Below are positions 18,086-25,633 of a stretch of DNA of 64,000 nt, one piece after another. The position numbers and the translations under genes are program-made. Positions within the stretch are counted from its first letter, which is position 1, and each line of letters begins with the position of its first letter. A model generated the notes under the pieces. It searched no databases and was not told the origin of the DNA. It saw only the letters and a program-made list of their open reading frames with translations. Source of the stretch: Candidatus Bathyarchaeia archaeon (lineage in GTDB: Archaea; Thermoproteota; Bathyarchaeia; Bathyarchaeales; Bathycorpusculaceae); assembly GCA_038882975.1 (NCBI GenBank), contig JAVZNE010000001.1:184620-248619 (forward strand), given 5' to 3'.

Positions 18086-18493
18086 CCTGACGAGGGCAAA
18101 TATGAAAGAGGCTTAAAATTAACTCGTTTCTAAAATTTCATCTTAAAAAAATCATCTTAAATCGGATTAAAAAGGAGATATCAAATAGATATCATTTTTG
18201 CTTGTTTCACCCGTAGAAATTTTCTGGTTCAAACTTTTCTTTCAACTCATCTCTAATTTATTTAATATTGTCTGAAAATTGTAACCATGAAAGTGAAAAT
18301 GCTATCACATTAACACCTGCTAGCATAATATGAATGTAAGAAATGTGGAGTAAAGAAATTCAAAAGCACTCTTATTGTACCTTCCTGGTTAGCTGACACT
18401 GGAAGACCCGTCTGTTATAGTTTTAAACCTTACAGACCTAAAGAACATAAAGATGAGAAAAAGAAACATTGATGCAACAGTAAACTTAACATA

Positions 18494-18769
18494 TTATGAG
18501 TGATATTCAATAAAGTACAATAAAATAGCGAAGATTACTATTTGAAGTATAAGTTCAATCATGACTGACATGGGGTCTATTGCCCATCCAGCTAATAGGT
18601 TAAATGGAAAGGGTAGAGCCTCAATAATCGTCATAATCGTAAGTTCTGATATTAACTCTACAATGTTTCTGCTCAACAAAATTCCTATTATCCAAAGTGC
18701 TGTAACAATAAACCCAGCAATAAACCACAAGCCTATATACTTAGCTATTTCACTCACTATTTCGCTCAT
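18494..18769 (-). CDS. hypothetical membrane protein (about 3 TM)
   Basis: 91-aa strongly hydrophobic ORF in the island with no recognisable motif. Confidence 0.4.
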   Translation of the reverse strand: MSEIVSEIAKYIGLWFIAGFIVTALWIIGILLSRNIVELISELTIMTIIEALPFPFNLLAGWAIDPMSVMIELILQIVIFAILLYFIEYHS

Positions 18770-19147
18770 TAATAAACTGGTGTCATCAATAGAGAGATAA
18801 AAAGTTTATTTTACGCAATGGCGCTTTCGCAGTGTTCGAGCATTTTGAATGTTTGAATTTCTAAAATGGTTGTTTGAACTTGGTAAACCATCTATACGCT
18901 TTGCTTGCAACTTTCTTTTTCCATTTCATATTCAGCTTCAGTTTTATACACACCTAACCAACACCAAAGAGAATGCTCCTAAACTTCAAAGATAGAACCG
19001 TATGATTACTCCATTCCAGCTAAAAAGATTCCTAGTACTATCAACTTGGACCTTTAGGCTTACCTTTCAGAACATCCCTTGCTGTATGCCACCAACCAGA
19101 CATAGGAACATCATTTACCAATGAAAAGTTCAATTCCCTGCTTAACT

Positions 19148-19159
19148 ACCCCCCGCACT
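19148..19159 (+). repeat. direct repeat copy 2 (ACCCCCCGCACT)
   Basis: Exact 11-nt match to the tRNA-Leu 3' end and 12-nt match to copy 3. Confidence 0.6.
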
Positions 19160-19174
19160 GAATTTCACTTCTAG

Positions 19175-19187
19175 GTTTAAACTGTCA
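19175..19187 (+). repeat. sub-terminal motif copy B, GTTTAAACTGTCA
   Basis: Lies 16 nt downstream of direct repeat copy 2 and is related to copies A, C and D. Confidence 0.55.
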
Positions 19188-19353
19188 CATCGTTTGTCGG
19201 AATAAAATAAAACTATAGTGTGAGCAAAACTCGGATTACGTAAATAAATATGGTTAAAGCTGTAAATGTCAACTCATTCGTGTATCTGTTTTTTATGTGA
19301 TATTGTAGATATATAGAAAACTATAAATGTAGCTACTTGTAATAATATGAAAC

Positions 19354-19536
19354 ATGGGCAAACTAAATGTTAAAATAAAAAATGATGTCGATGTCAAATT
19401 CAGAGAAGAAGTATTTAGAAGAAAAGGCATGAAAAAAGGAAACTTAACAGAGGCGTTAGAAGAGGCAATACTGTTATGGATTAACACAGATACTCTAAAG
19501 AAAAAAGAGAAAAATATTAAAGGCGAAACAAAATGA
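19354..19536 (+). CDS. ribbon-helix-helix (CopG/Arc-like) small DNA-binding protein
   Basis: 60 aa. The pattern is beta-strand KLNVKIKNDV, then helices VKFREEVFRRKG and GNLTEALEEAILLWI. TATA-like ATATATAG/CTATAAAT lies 25-45 nt upstream. Confidence 0.5.
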   Translation: MGKLNVKIKNDVDVKFREEVFRRKGMKKGNLTEALEEAILLWINTDTLKKKEKNIKGETK

Positions 19537-19643
19537 TGTTTTCCAAGGTAGAAATAAATATTAAGTGTATAGCAATAATATATATTATAGAATAAGAAAA
19601 GTTAGATAAGCTACTAGAAGATTATGATTTAGAGGATGAGAAA

Positions 19644-19856
19644 ATGAAAAAAAGTAAGACGAGTGGGTTCGAATACATAATGTCTTTAGGTGACAAACTT
19701 GGAGAATACGTTGAAAAATGGATAGTAGTATTAGACAACAAAATAGTAGCAAGTGGTGAAGACTTAAAAGAGGTTTATAAAGAAGCAAAGGAGAAACATC
19801 CTCAAGAGACTCTTTTCGTAATGAAGGTTCCTGCAGACAAAGTCATGGTGCTGTGA
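19644..19856 (+). CDS. DUF5678-like small protein
   Basis: LGEYVEKWIVVLDNKIVASGEDLKEVYKEAKEKHPQETLFVMKVP matches my recollection of the DUF5678 pattern (..G.WVA..d.kVv..G.dl.ev..eA.kk.P.....v..vP). GAGGAT Shine-Dalgarno sequence 7 nt upstream. Confidence 0.5.
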   Translation: MKKSKTSGFEYIMSLGDKLGEYVEKWIVVLDNKIVASGEDLKEVYKEAKEKHPQETLFVMKVPADKVMVL

Positions 19857-19862
19857 CATTGT

Positions 19863-20315
19863 TTGCCTTCTAAAAAGAGTGTTACTTGCAAATATTTATT
19901 TTATAGGTATACCATGCGAAATGGTACAGTTAGGACACTGTTACTTCCTTTAGTTCATGTCCGAATAGAATCTCCCGAAGAACATATCGAAACAGATGCA
20001 TTGGTGGATTCAGGTGCTACTAGGACACTTATTCCAAAAGAGATAGCAGAAATTTTGCCATCTTTGAAATATGAAGAACAACGTGCTGAAGTCACGGGTG
20101 CTGGAGGTGTATTCCTTGCTAGAGTAACAAGATTGAAAAAGCTTACACTGATAAAGAATATCACTCCATTTGCACATTTTGTGGAAATTGAAGTGTTAGT
20201 TCCAGACCATGAGGGTATTTTACCCTATGTGATTCTTGGAAGAGACTACGTCTTCCGCCGATTTGACATTACATTTCATGAAAAGAGGCGAAAATTAACT
20301 TTTACAGAAATCTAA
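19863..20315 (+). CDS. retropepsin-like (clan AA) aspartic protease
   Basis: Catalytic ALVDSGATRTLIP, flap-like TGAGG, and C-terminal ILGRDYVF. The track start is TTG 19863. ATG 19914 (MRNGTVRTLLLP...) is an alternative start. Confidence 0.7.
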   Translation: MPSKKSVTCKYLFYRYTMRNGTVRTLLLPLVHVRIESPEEHIETDALVDSGATRTLIPKEIAEILPSLKYEEQRAEVTGAGGVFLARVTRLKKLTLIKNITPFAHFVEIEVLVPDHEGILPYVILGRDYVFRRFDITFHEKRRKLTFTEI

Positions 20316-20415
20316 ACGGCGAGAAGTTCAAATGTAACGCCAATCGCATTAATGCATACAACCAACTAGGCAATCTTTTTATGGAAAATGGAGAAATTGA
20401 CTTGTAGATAATGTC

Positions 20416-20444
20416 ACTTGACAGTTTTAAACGACAGTATAAAC
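20416..20444 (-). repeat. sub-terminal motif copies C and D in inverted orientation (reverse complement: GTTTATACTGTCG + TTTAAAACTGTCAAGT)
   Basis: The reverse complement of 20416-20432 is GTTTAAAACTGTCAAGT. The reverse complement of 20432-20444 is GTTTATACTGTCG. The block ends 3 nt before direct repeat copy 3. Confidence 0.55.
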
Positions 20445-20447
20445 CTA

Positions 20448-20459
20448 ACCCCCCGCACT
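20448..20459 (+). repeat. direct repeat copy 3 (ACCCCCCGCACT)
   Basis: Exact 11-nt match to the tRNA-Leu 3' end. Confidence 0.6.
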
Positions 20460-20542
20460 TTTGCATTTATCTCCTATTACACACAGAGAATATGGTAAGT
20501 CTTATCTACTTGAGATTTTGCACGCTGCAAAACTAAAATGGT

Positions 20543-20618
20543 TGGTAGCCCGGGGGAGATTCGAACTCCCGTCGGCGGGTCCAAAGCCCGCTATGCTTGT
20601 CCACTACACCACCGGGCT
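20543..20618 (-). tRNA. tRNA-Gln(TTG), CCA encoded
   Basis: Reverse complement is AGCCCGGTGGTGTAGTGGACAAGCATAGCGGGCTTTGGACCCGCCGACGGGAGTTCGAATCTCCCCCGGGCTACCA. Acceptor AGCCCGG/CCGGGCT; anticodon stem GCGGG/CCCGC; loop CTTTGGA; T arm GGGAG-TTCGAAT-CTCCC. Confidence 0.9.
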
Positions 20619-20643
20619 TCATACATACATCATGTGATTAACT

Positions 20644-21768
20644 TTAACTCTTTGATATGTGTGTTTTGATTAAATGTTTCCTTTCTCGCCTTATTTTCCA
20701 TATGTCTTTTCTAGCCTTTTTGATGGTTTCCGCCGCCTCCGCCTTACTTACATTAGCCGTGTCATTTAAGCTTAGAAGCTTTACAATGTTTTGACAGTGT
20801 TTTGGGTTACCTTTTTCAAGTTTTTCTATCGAGTGCATTAGTCTTGTGTAGTCTATTTTCTGCCTTTCAACTATGGCTTTTAGCCAAGCATAGTTTTCAA
20901 CAATGTTTAGGGATATACTGGATAAGTAGTGCACTGTTTCAGCAAACTTTCTAGAGTTTATCATTGAGTTTGCTCTTAAAATTGTGCCTTGCATGAACGC
21001 GGTGTTAAAGTAATAGTTTAAGCTTGTTCTAACTTTGAAATGCACGTTTTTCAACGTTTGAGATTTCCGTTTAACGATGAAGCTCATTTCGTCCCAAACA
21101 GCTTTGAAGAGTTTTAGCTTTTCTTCAGCTGCTGTTATATTCACATCATCTAGTTTAGCCATTACTATATAATCGTTAAAAATTTCTGGCATGCCAAGCT
21201 TTTCCGCTGCAATTTCCACTTTTTCTAGGAATCGGCTGTTTGAAAAAGGTTCGAGAGTTATTTCCAACAATACACGCAAAATATTTTCCATGGCAACAAC
21301 GGCGAAGAGATGGGCGCTTAGATGGTCGCCTTTGGTGTGGGCTGAGGTTGCACGGCTTAGGTATATGTCTGACTCTATTATGTGGGTTTCTATCCTCATT
21401 CCAATCCTTTCATGCGAGCCATAAAACTTCGCCATTGAAAGCTTTGTATTTGTCAAAGTCCAGTCCCTATCGTATAGGATTTGGACTTCGTAGAGTTTTT
21501 GGTCAAATTTTGGATGTATTGGACCTTGAATCAAATGTTTTGGAACAAAATTAAAGTCTAGAAATAGGTCGCCAACAGAGACTCTCTCCACATACTCGTC
21601 TTCGAGAGGGTTATTGCTGAGGACTAGCAAGTCGACATCACTTGAAGGTACAGCGTCGCTGCGGCTCCAGCTTCCAAATAAGCCTATCCCAGAAATGGTT
21701 TCGTTGGCAGCCATCTCTTTTACGATTTTCTCCAGCGTTTTTCGCACTTTCTCTGGGAGCTTTATCAT
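20644..21768 (-). CDS. minimal (Pol-beta/MNT-type) nucleotidyltransferase fused to a helical region of about 280 aa with HEPN-like R-x4-6-H motifs
   Basis: NTase signature GLFGSWSRSDAVPSSDVDLLVL. Downstream helical region contains SRATSAH (R-x4-H) and RKFAETVH (R-x6-H). ATG 21768 (MIKLPEKVRK) is preferred over the track start 21801. Sampled lines gave 28-32% GC. Confidence 0.6.
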   Translation of the reverse strand: MIKLPEKVRKTLEKIVKEMAANETISGIGLFGSWSRSDAVPSSDVDLLVLSNNPLEDEYVERVSVGDLFLDFNFVPKHLIQGPIHPKFDQKLYEVQILYDRDWTLTNTKLSMAKFYGSHERIGMRIETHIIESDIYLSRATSAHTKGDHLSAHLFAVVAMENILRVLLEITLEPFSNSRFLEKVEIAAEKLGMPEIFNDYIVMAKLDDVNITAAEEKLKLFKAVWDEMSFIVKRKSQTLKNVHFKVRTSLNYYFNTAFMQGTILRANSMINSRKFAETVHYLSSISLNIVENYAWLKAIVERQKIDYTRLMHSIEKLEKGNPKHCQNIVKLLSLNDTANVSKAEAAETIKKARKDIWKIRRERKHLIKTHISKS

Positions 21769-21967
21769 TTTGGCACAACTCTTTTGGTAGATTAGTAGCA
21801 CTAATCATTATTCAAGATTTGTGAAGGGGATATTTTAGTTTAAACCGTAAAATTTATATATTAAAACATTTCATCTGGATAGAACACGCGGGGCCGGATG
21901 GCGTCTTCTACTCCTATATTGGGGAAATGAAAAGGGACGGTTCTACGCAAAATCGAAGTGTGGGAAA

Positions 21968-22906
21968 ATGAGCGGGAAAGAAAGCGGAACCCGTCAACGC
22001 TTGGTTGACAAGTGCCCGGAATGTGGTAGTGTAAATCTTATCCACGACTATGACACTGGCGAAACCGTTTGCGGAGAATGTGGACTTGTACTTCACGAGC
22101 AGATGATGGACAAGGGACCAGAGTGGCGTGCCTTCACACAGGAGGAGAAAGCCTCAAGAAGTCGCGTAGGAGTGCCAACGTCCTACTCCGTCCACGATAA
22201 AGGATTGTCAACGGCCATAAGCCAAGTTGACCGAGACGCCTTCGGAAGAAAACTTCCACTTTCGACACGCTTGCAAATGTGGCGCCTAAGAAAATGGCAG
22301 ATACGCTCAAGGGTGCACTCCTCAATAGACCGAAACTTGGCACAGGCAATGGCTGAGCTTGACCGCCTCTCAGACAAGGTGTATATACCGCCACCGATTA
22401 AGGAGAAGGCAGCCGTCATATACCGCAAAGCCCTAGACAAAGGCTTAGTACGGGGAAGATCAATTGCAGCCATAGCCGCTGCTGCCCTTTACGCTGCTTG
22501 CCGTGGAAGCGGGACCCCGAGAACATTGAGGGAGATAGCGGAAGCCAGCTTAGTGGACAAGAAGGATGTTGCCCGCTGTTATAGGCTCTTGCTCCGAGAG
22601 CTTGACGTGCAAATGCCCATAGCAGACCCATTAACATACGTTTCAAAAATTGCTGAAAAAACCGGGATTTCGGGTAAAACACAAGGACTGGCAATACAAA
22701 TCTTACGTGAAGCAAAAATGAAACGTGCCGCAGCTGGAAAAGACCCTATGGGTTTGGCTGCCGCAGCACTATACATTGCATGCTTGCAAAATAATGAAAA
22801 GAAAACCCAAAAGGACATTGCTGAAGCTGCGGGGGTCACGGAGGTTACGGTTCGAAATCGCTACAAAACACTGAAGAGGCAATTAAACTTAGAACTGCCA
22901 GACTAG
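21968..22906 (+). CDS. tfb: transcription initiation factor IIB
   Basis: Zn ribbon CPECGS..DYDTGETVCGECGLVL followed by two cyclin-fold repeats (AAALYAACR.., AAALYIACL..). Confidence 0.95.
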   Translation: MSGKESGTRQRLVDKCPECGSVNLIHDYDTGETVCGECGLVLHEQMMDKGPEWRAFTQEEKASRSRVGVPTSYSVHDKGLSTAISQVDRDAFGRKLPLSTRLQMWRLRKWQIRSRVHSSIDRNLAQAMAELDRLSDKVYIPPPIKEKAAVIYRKALDKGLVRGRSIAAIAAAALYAACRGSGTPRTLREIAEASLVDKKDVARCYRLLLRELDVQMPIADPLTYVSKIAEKTGISGKTQGLAIQILREAKMKRAAAGKDPMGLAAAALYIACLQNNEKKTQKDIAEAAGVTEVTVRNRYKTLKRQLNLELPD

Positions 22907-22912
22907 CCGTTT

Positions 22913-23122
22913 CTAACTTTCATTTTCTTCCTTTTCGATTTCCATAACTATGGGGCCAACATACCCGCAGTCTTCACAAACATATTTTTTAGGCGTTAAC
23001 CAGTAATCAAGGCTGCTTGACAGATGGATTTTGGGACTTCCGCATCTTGGACAGTAAATTTTCGATGGACCACGATGTTTCAGAGTCTTCAATACTTCAC
23101 GCATGTTTTGTAGGATTTCCAT
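22913..23122 (-). CDS. small zinc-ribbon protein, unknown function
   Basis: 69 aa with CPRCGS...CEDCGY (CxxC-x25-CxxC). Confidence 0.5.
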   Translation of the reverse strand: MEILQNMREVLKTLKHRGPSKIYCPRCGSPKIHLSSSLDYWLTPKKYVCEDCGYVGPIVMEIEKEENES

Positions 23123-23147
23123 GGGCTTACACCTTTTTAGGGCGTGG

Positions 23148-23456
23148 CTATTGAACCTCTATGTTTTCCTCCGGATATCCAAGCCTTATTAGGTATTGGC
23201 GGACTTTTTCGCGGTGGTCTCCTTGAAGGATTATTTGTCCGTTTTTGGCTGTTCCTCCACATGCACAGAAGCTTTTCAGTTTTTGGGCTAGGCCTCCAAG
23301 GTCTGTGTCTTTGTCGTTTATGCCTTCAACTATTGTTGTTGGTCTGCCGAACTTTCTTGTTTCAAATCTTATACGAATTCTTTGCTGCTCTTTCCCTATC
23401 TCGCCACAGACACACAAATCTTTGGGAAGCCCACATATTGGACAGATATCAGCCAT
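23148..23456 (-). CDS. sui1: translation initiation factor aSUI1 (eIF1)
   Basis: MADICPICGLPKDLCVCGE..IRIRFETRKFGRPTTIVEGI..LKSFCACGGT..IILQGDHREKV. The 192-aa track ORF extends upstream into the next gene's promoter and start, so the ATG at 23456 is used. Confidence 0.9.
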   Translation of the reverse strand: MADICPICGLPKDLCVCGEIGKEQQRIRIRFETRKFGRPTTIVEGINDKDTDLGGLAQKLKSFCACGGTAKNGQIILQGDHREKVRQYLIRLGYPEENIEVQ

Positions 23457-23580
23457 GACGCTCAACATTTCAATGGCAACGCCCGTATATAAAATTTTCA
23501 AATCCCCAATCACTAAATTGGCAAGCATAAGCAGATTGAACCGGAAAAGCTTTAATGTTTTCATATAACCTTTTTGACTT

Positions 23581-24729
23581 ATGCGAGCGGTTGTTATAGG
23601 CTGCGGAAGAATGGGTTCGGTGGCGGCTGAAGAATTAGCGAAAAGGGCGAGCAAAGTTGAAGTTTTTGTTGCTGACAAAGACGTAAACAAAGCCAAAGAA
23701 ACTGCAAAAAGTATTGGAAAAAACAATGTTAAGTGGCTTCAATTAGACGCCTCAAACAAGAAAGAGCTGATAAACGCCTTGAAAGATTTCGATTTAGCTC
23801 TGGGTTTTTTGCCGCCGAGGTTTGGCTTCAGCCTCATTGAAGCATGCATAAAAGCGGGAAGTAATCTTGTTGACGTCTCGTATATGCTTGAAAACCCCCT
23901 AATACTGCATGAGAAGGCTGTTGAGGCCGGTGTCACAATTGTTCCAAGCTGTGGATTAGCGCCAGGCATTAGCAACATCCTCGTTGGTCACGCAGTTGTA
24001 GAACTTAACAAAACCCATAAAATTCACATAATGGTTGGCGGACTACCAGAAATGCCAATACCGCCTTTGGGCTACGTTGTTACATGGTCTCCTGAAAGCC
24101 TCATCGACGAATACACAAGCAAAGCCCACATAGTTAGGGATGGCAAAATAGTCGAAGTTGAAGCTTTAGATGGCTTGGAAACGATGGAGTTTCCAAAGAT
24201 TGGCAAGCTGGAGGCCTTTTACACGGACGGACTTAGAACTTTACTATACACTATTGGAGAGGTTGATGAAATGTGGGAAAAAACGCTTCGCTACCCCGGA
24301 CACGCGGAAAAGATAAAGCTGCTAAGGGATTTGGGCTTCTTCAGCGACAAAGAGGTTTCCGTTGAAGGATGCCGCATACAACCTAGAAAACTTACAGCAA
24401 AACTTTTCGAGAGAGCTCTCGTCAAACCTAACGTGAAGGACGTTGTCGTTTTAAAAGTTGAGGTTTACGGTTTAAAAGACGGAAGAAAAACGCGTTACAC
24501 GTACAATTTGGTTGATTATTATGATGAAGGGGGCAGAGTTACCGCCATGGCTAGGACTACTGCATACACCGCCTCGATTGTGGCAACATTGATTTTGAAA
24601 GAAGCCATACCCTTAAAAGGTGTTGTGCCGCCGGAGATACTGGGCATGGAGGGAAAGATTTACAAACAAATCATAGCGGAACTTGAAAATAGAGGAATTA
24701 AAATCGCTGAAGAAGTGTGTTTGGAATAG
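23581..24729 (+). CDS. saccharopine dehydrogenase-family NAD(P) oxidoreductase
   Basis: N-terminal Rossmann motif VVIGCGRMGS. Length and central blocks (GLAPGISN, TWSPE) are consistent with the saccharopine/homospermidine-type dehydrogenase family. Confidence 0.7.
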   Translation: MRAVVIGCGRMGSVAAEELAKRASKVEVFVADKDVNKAKETAKSIGKNNVKWLQLDASNKKELINALKDFDLALGFLPPRFGFSLIEACIKAGSNLVDVSYMLENPLILHEKAVEAGVTIVPSCGLAPGISNILVGHAVVELNKTHKIHIMVGGLPEMPIPPLGYVVTWSPESLIDEYTSKAHIVRDGKIVEVEALDGLETMEFPKIGKLEAFYTDGLRTLLYTIGEVDEMWEKTLRYPGHAEKIKLLRDLGFFSDKEVSVEGCRIQPRKLTAKLFERALVKPNVKDVVVLKVEVYGLKDGRKTRYTYNLVDYYDEGGRVTAMARTTAYTASIVATLILKEAIPLKGVVPPEILGMEGKIYKQIIAELENRGIKIAEEVCLE

Positions 24730-24736
24730 GCTTGTC

Positions 24737-25633
24737 TTATGATACTATGCCCATTCTGTGGAGTTCTTCCCGGAGGCTCTCTCTAACTTGTTTTAGGCTT
24801 TGCCTCTTAACCACATACTCGTCTCCGCTTATTTTGCCAGCCCTAAAATCTTCATCTAGCTGGGCTAATTGACGGTCTATTTCTGCTATGCGCGCCCTTA
24901 TCTGGTCTATGTAGGATACGGCTCTTTCCTCTGCCATGACTTCTGACGGTGTCAGCGCCATCTTTATTACACCGTCCTCGATTCGCAGTATTCTGTCCGC
25001 GGCTCTTGCAACGCTCGGGTCGTGAGTAACCATAATTATGGTTTTGCCTAATTCCTTATTGACTTTAGATAAATAATTGACAACGATTTTTGCATTTGCG
25101 GTGTCCAACTCGCCTGTTGGCTCATCGGCTAATATTAGTGGCGGGTCATTCGCAAGAGCGGCGGCTATGGCTACTCGTTGCTGTTCTCCACCGCTTAATT
25201 CGTCTGGTTTGTGGTGGGCTCTTTCTGTCAGCCCAACTATTTCGAGAAGCTCCTTAACGCGTTGGGTTCTTTTGCTTCTCGGGACACCTAAAGCTACCAT
25301 GGGAAGCTCAATGTTTTCCGCCGCCGTTAAAGTCGGTATCAGGTTTAGTGTTTGGAATATGTGGCCCACCGTTTTGCGCCTATATTCAACTAGTTGGGAT
25401 GGATGCAGTGCTGTAACCACTGTGTCGCCAACTTGAACGTAGCCTCCCGTTGCTTGGTCCAACCCGCCTATAATGTTGAGCAGTGTTGTTTTTCCGCTTC
25501 CACTTGGCCCAATTATGGAGACCATTTCGCCCTCCTTAACTTCCATGCTTAACCCTCTTAGGGCTTGGACCTCCACGTTTCCAAGCCTATAAATTTTGAT
25601 TAGGTCTTTGGCTATCACCTTCATTCCTCTCAT
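24737..25633 (-). CDS. ABC transporter ATP-binding protein (MacB/LolD-like) with a C-terminal extension of about 70 aa
   Basis: Walker A GPSGSGKTT, signature LSGGEQQRVAIA, Walker B LILADEPT. The tail ..LAQLDEDFRAGKISGDEYVVKRQSL.. resembles a SHOCT-type motif. ATGA overlap with the permease gene. Confidence 0.9.
   Translation of the reverse strand: MRGMKVIAKDLIKIYRLGNVEVQALRGLSMEVKEGEMVSIIGPSGSGKTTLLNIIGGLDQATGGYVQVGDTVVTALHPSQLVEYRRKTVGHIFQTLNLIPTLTAAENIELPMVALGVPRSKRTQRVKELLEIVGLTERAHHKPDELSGGEQQRVAIAAALANDPPLILADEPTGELDTANAKIVVNYLSKVNKELGKTIIMVTHDPSVARAADRILRIEDGVIKMALTPSEVMAEERAVSYIDQIRARIAEIDRQLAQLDEDFRAGKISGDEYVVKRQSLKQVRESLREELHRMGIVS

Larger units (their letters stand above)
17334..20458. 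mobile_element. remnant(s) of element(s) integrated at tRNA-Leu; no integrase present
   Basis: GC drops sharply right after the tRNA. There are two downstream reiterations of the tRNA 3' end. Conserved sub-terminal motifs are present, with the outer copies inverted. The content is small orphan ORFs and long non-coding stretches. Confidence 0.5.

Noticed and set aside
18138-18161. Short tandem repeats TCATCTTAAA x2 (18138-18147 and 18152-18161), with GATATCA x2 just downstream.
   Set aside because: These 7-10 nt repeats in about 25% GC DNA are expected by chance, and they are not a CRISPR-like array.
19148-20448. Repeat copies 2 and 3 are exactly 1300 nt apart.
   Set aside because: There is no periodic substructure between them. 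I treat the round number as coincidence.
20543-20618. I considered that the island, or the NTase gene, integrated at tRNA-Gln.
   Set aside because: I found no reiteration of either end of tRNA-Gln anywhere in 17340-21900. Only tRNA-Leu-derived repeats are present.
21853-21862. A TATA-like TTTATATATT lies between the NTase gene and tfb.
   Set aside because: It is 85 nt from one start and 106 nt from the other, so it cannot be assigned to either gene without TSS data. I have not reported it as a feature.
23457-23726. A 90-aa N-terminal extension of the SUI1 ORF (track ORF 23148..23726).
   Set aside because: The extension is hydrophobic nonsense that overlaps the start of the saccharopine dehydrogenase gene on the other strand. 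The canonical aSUI1 sequence starts at the internal ATG 23456.
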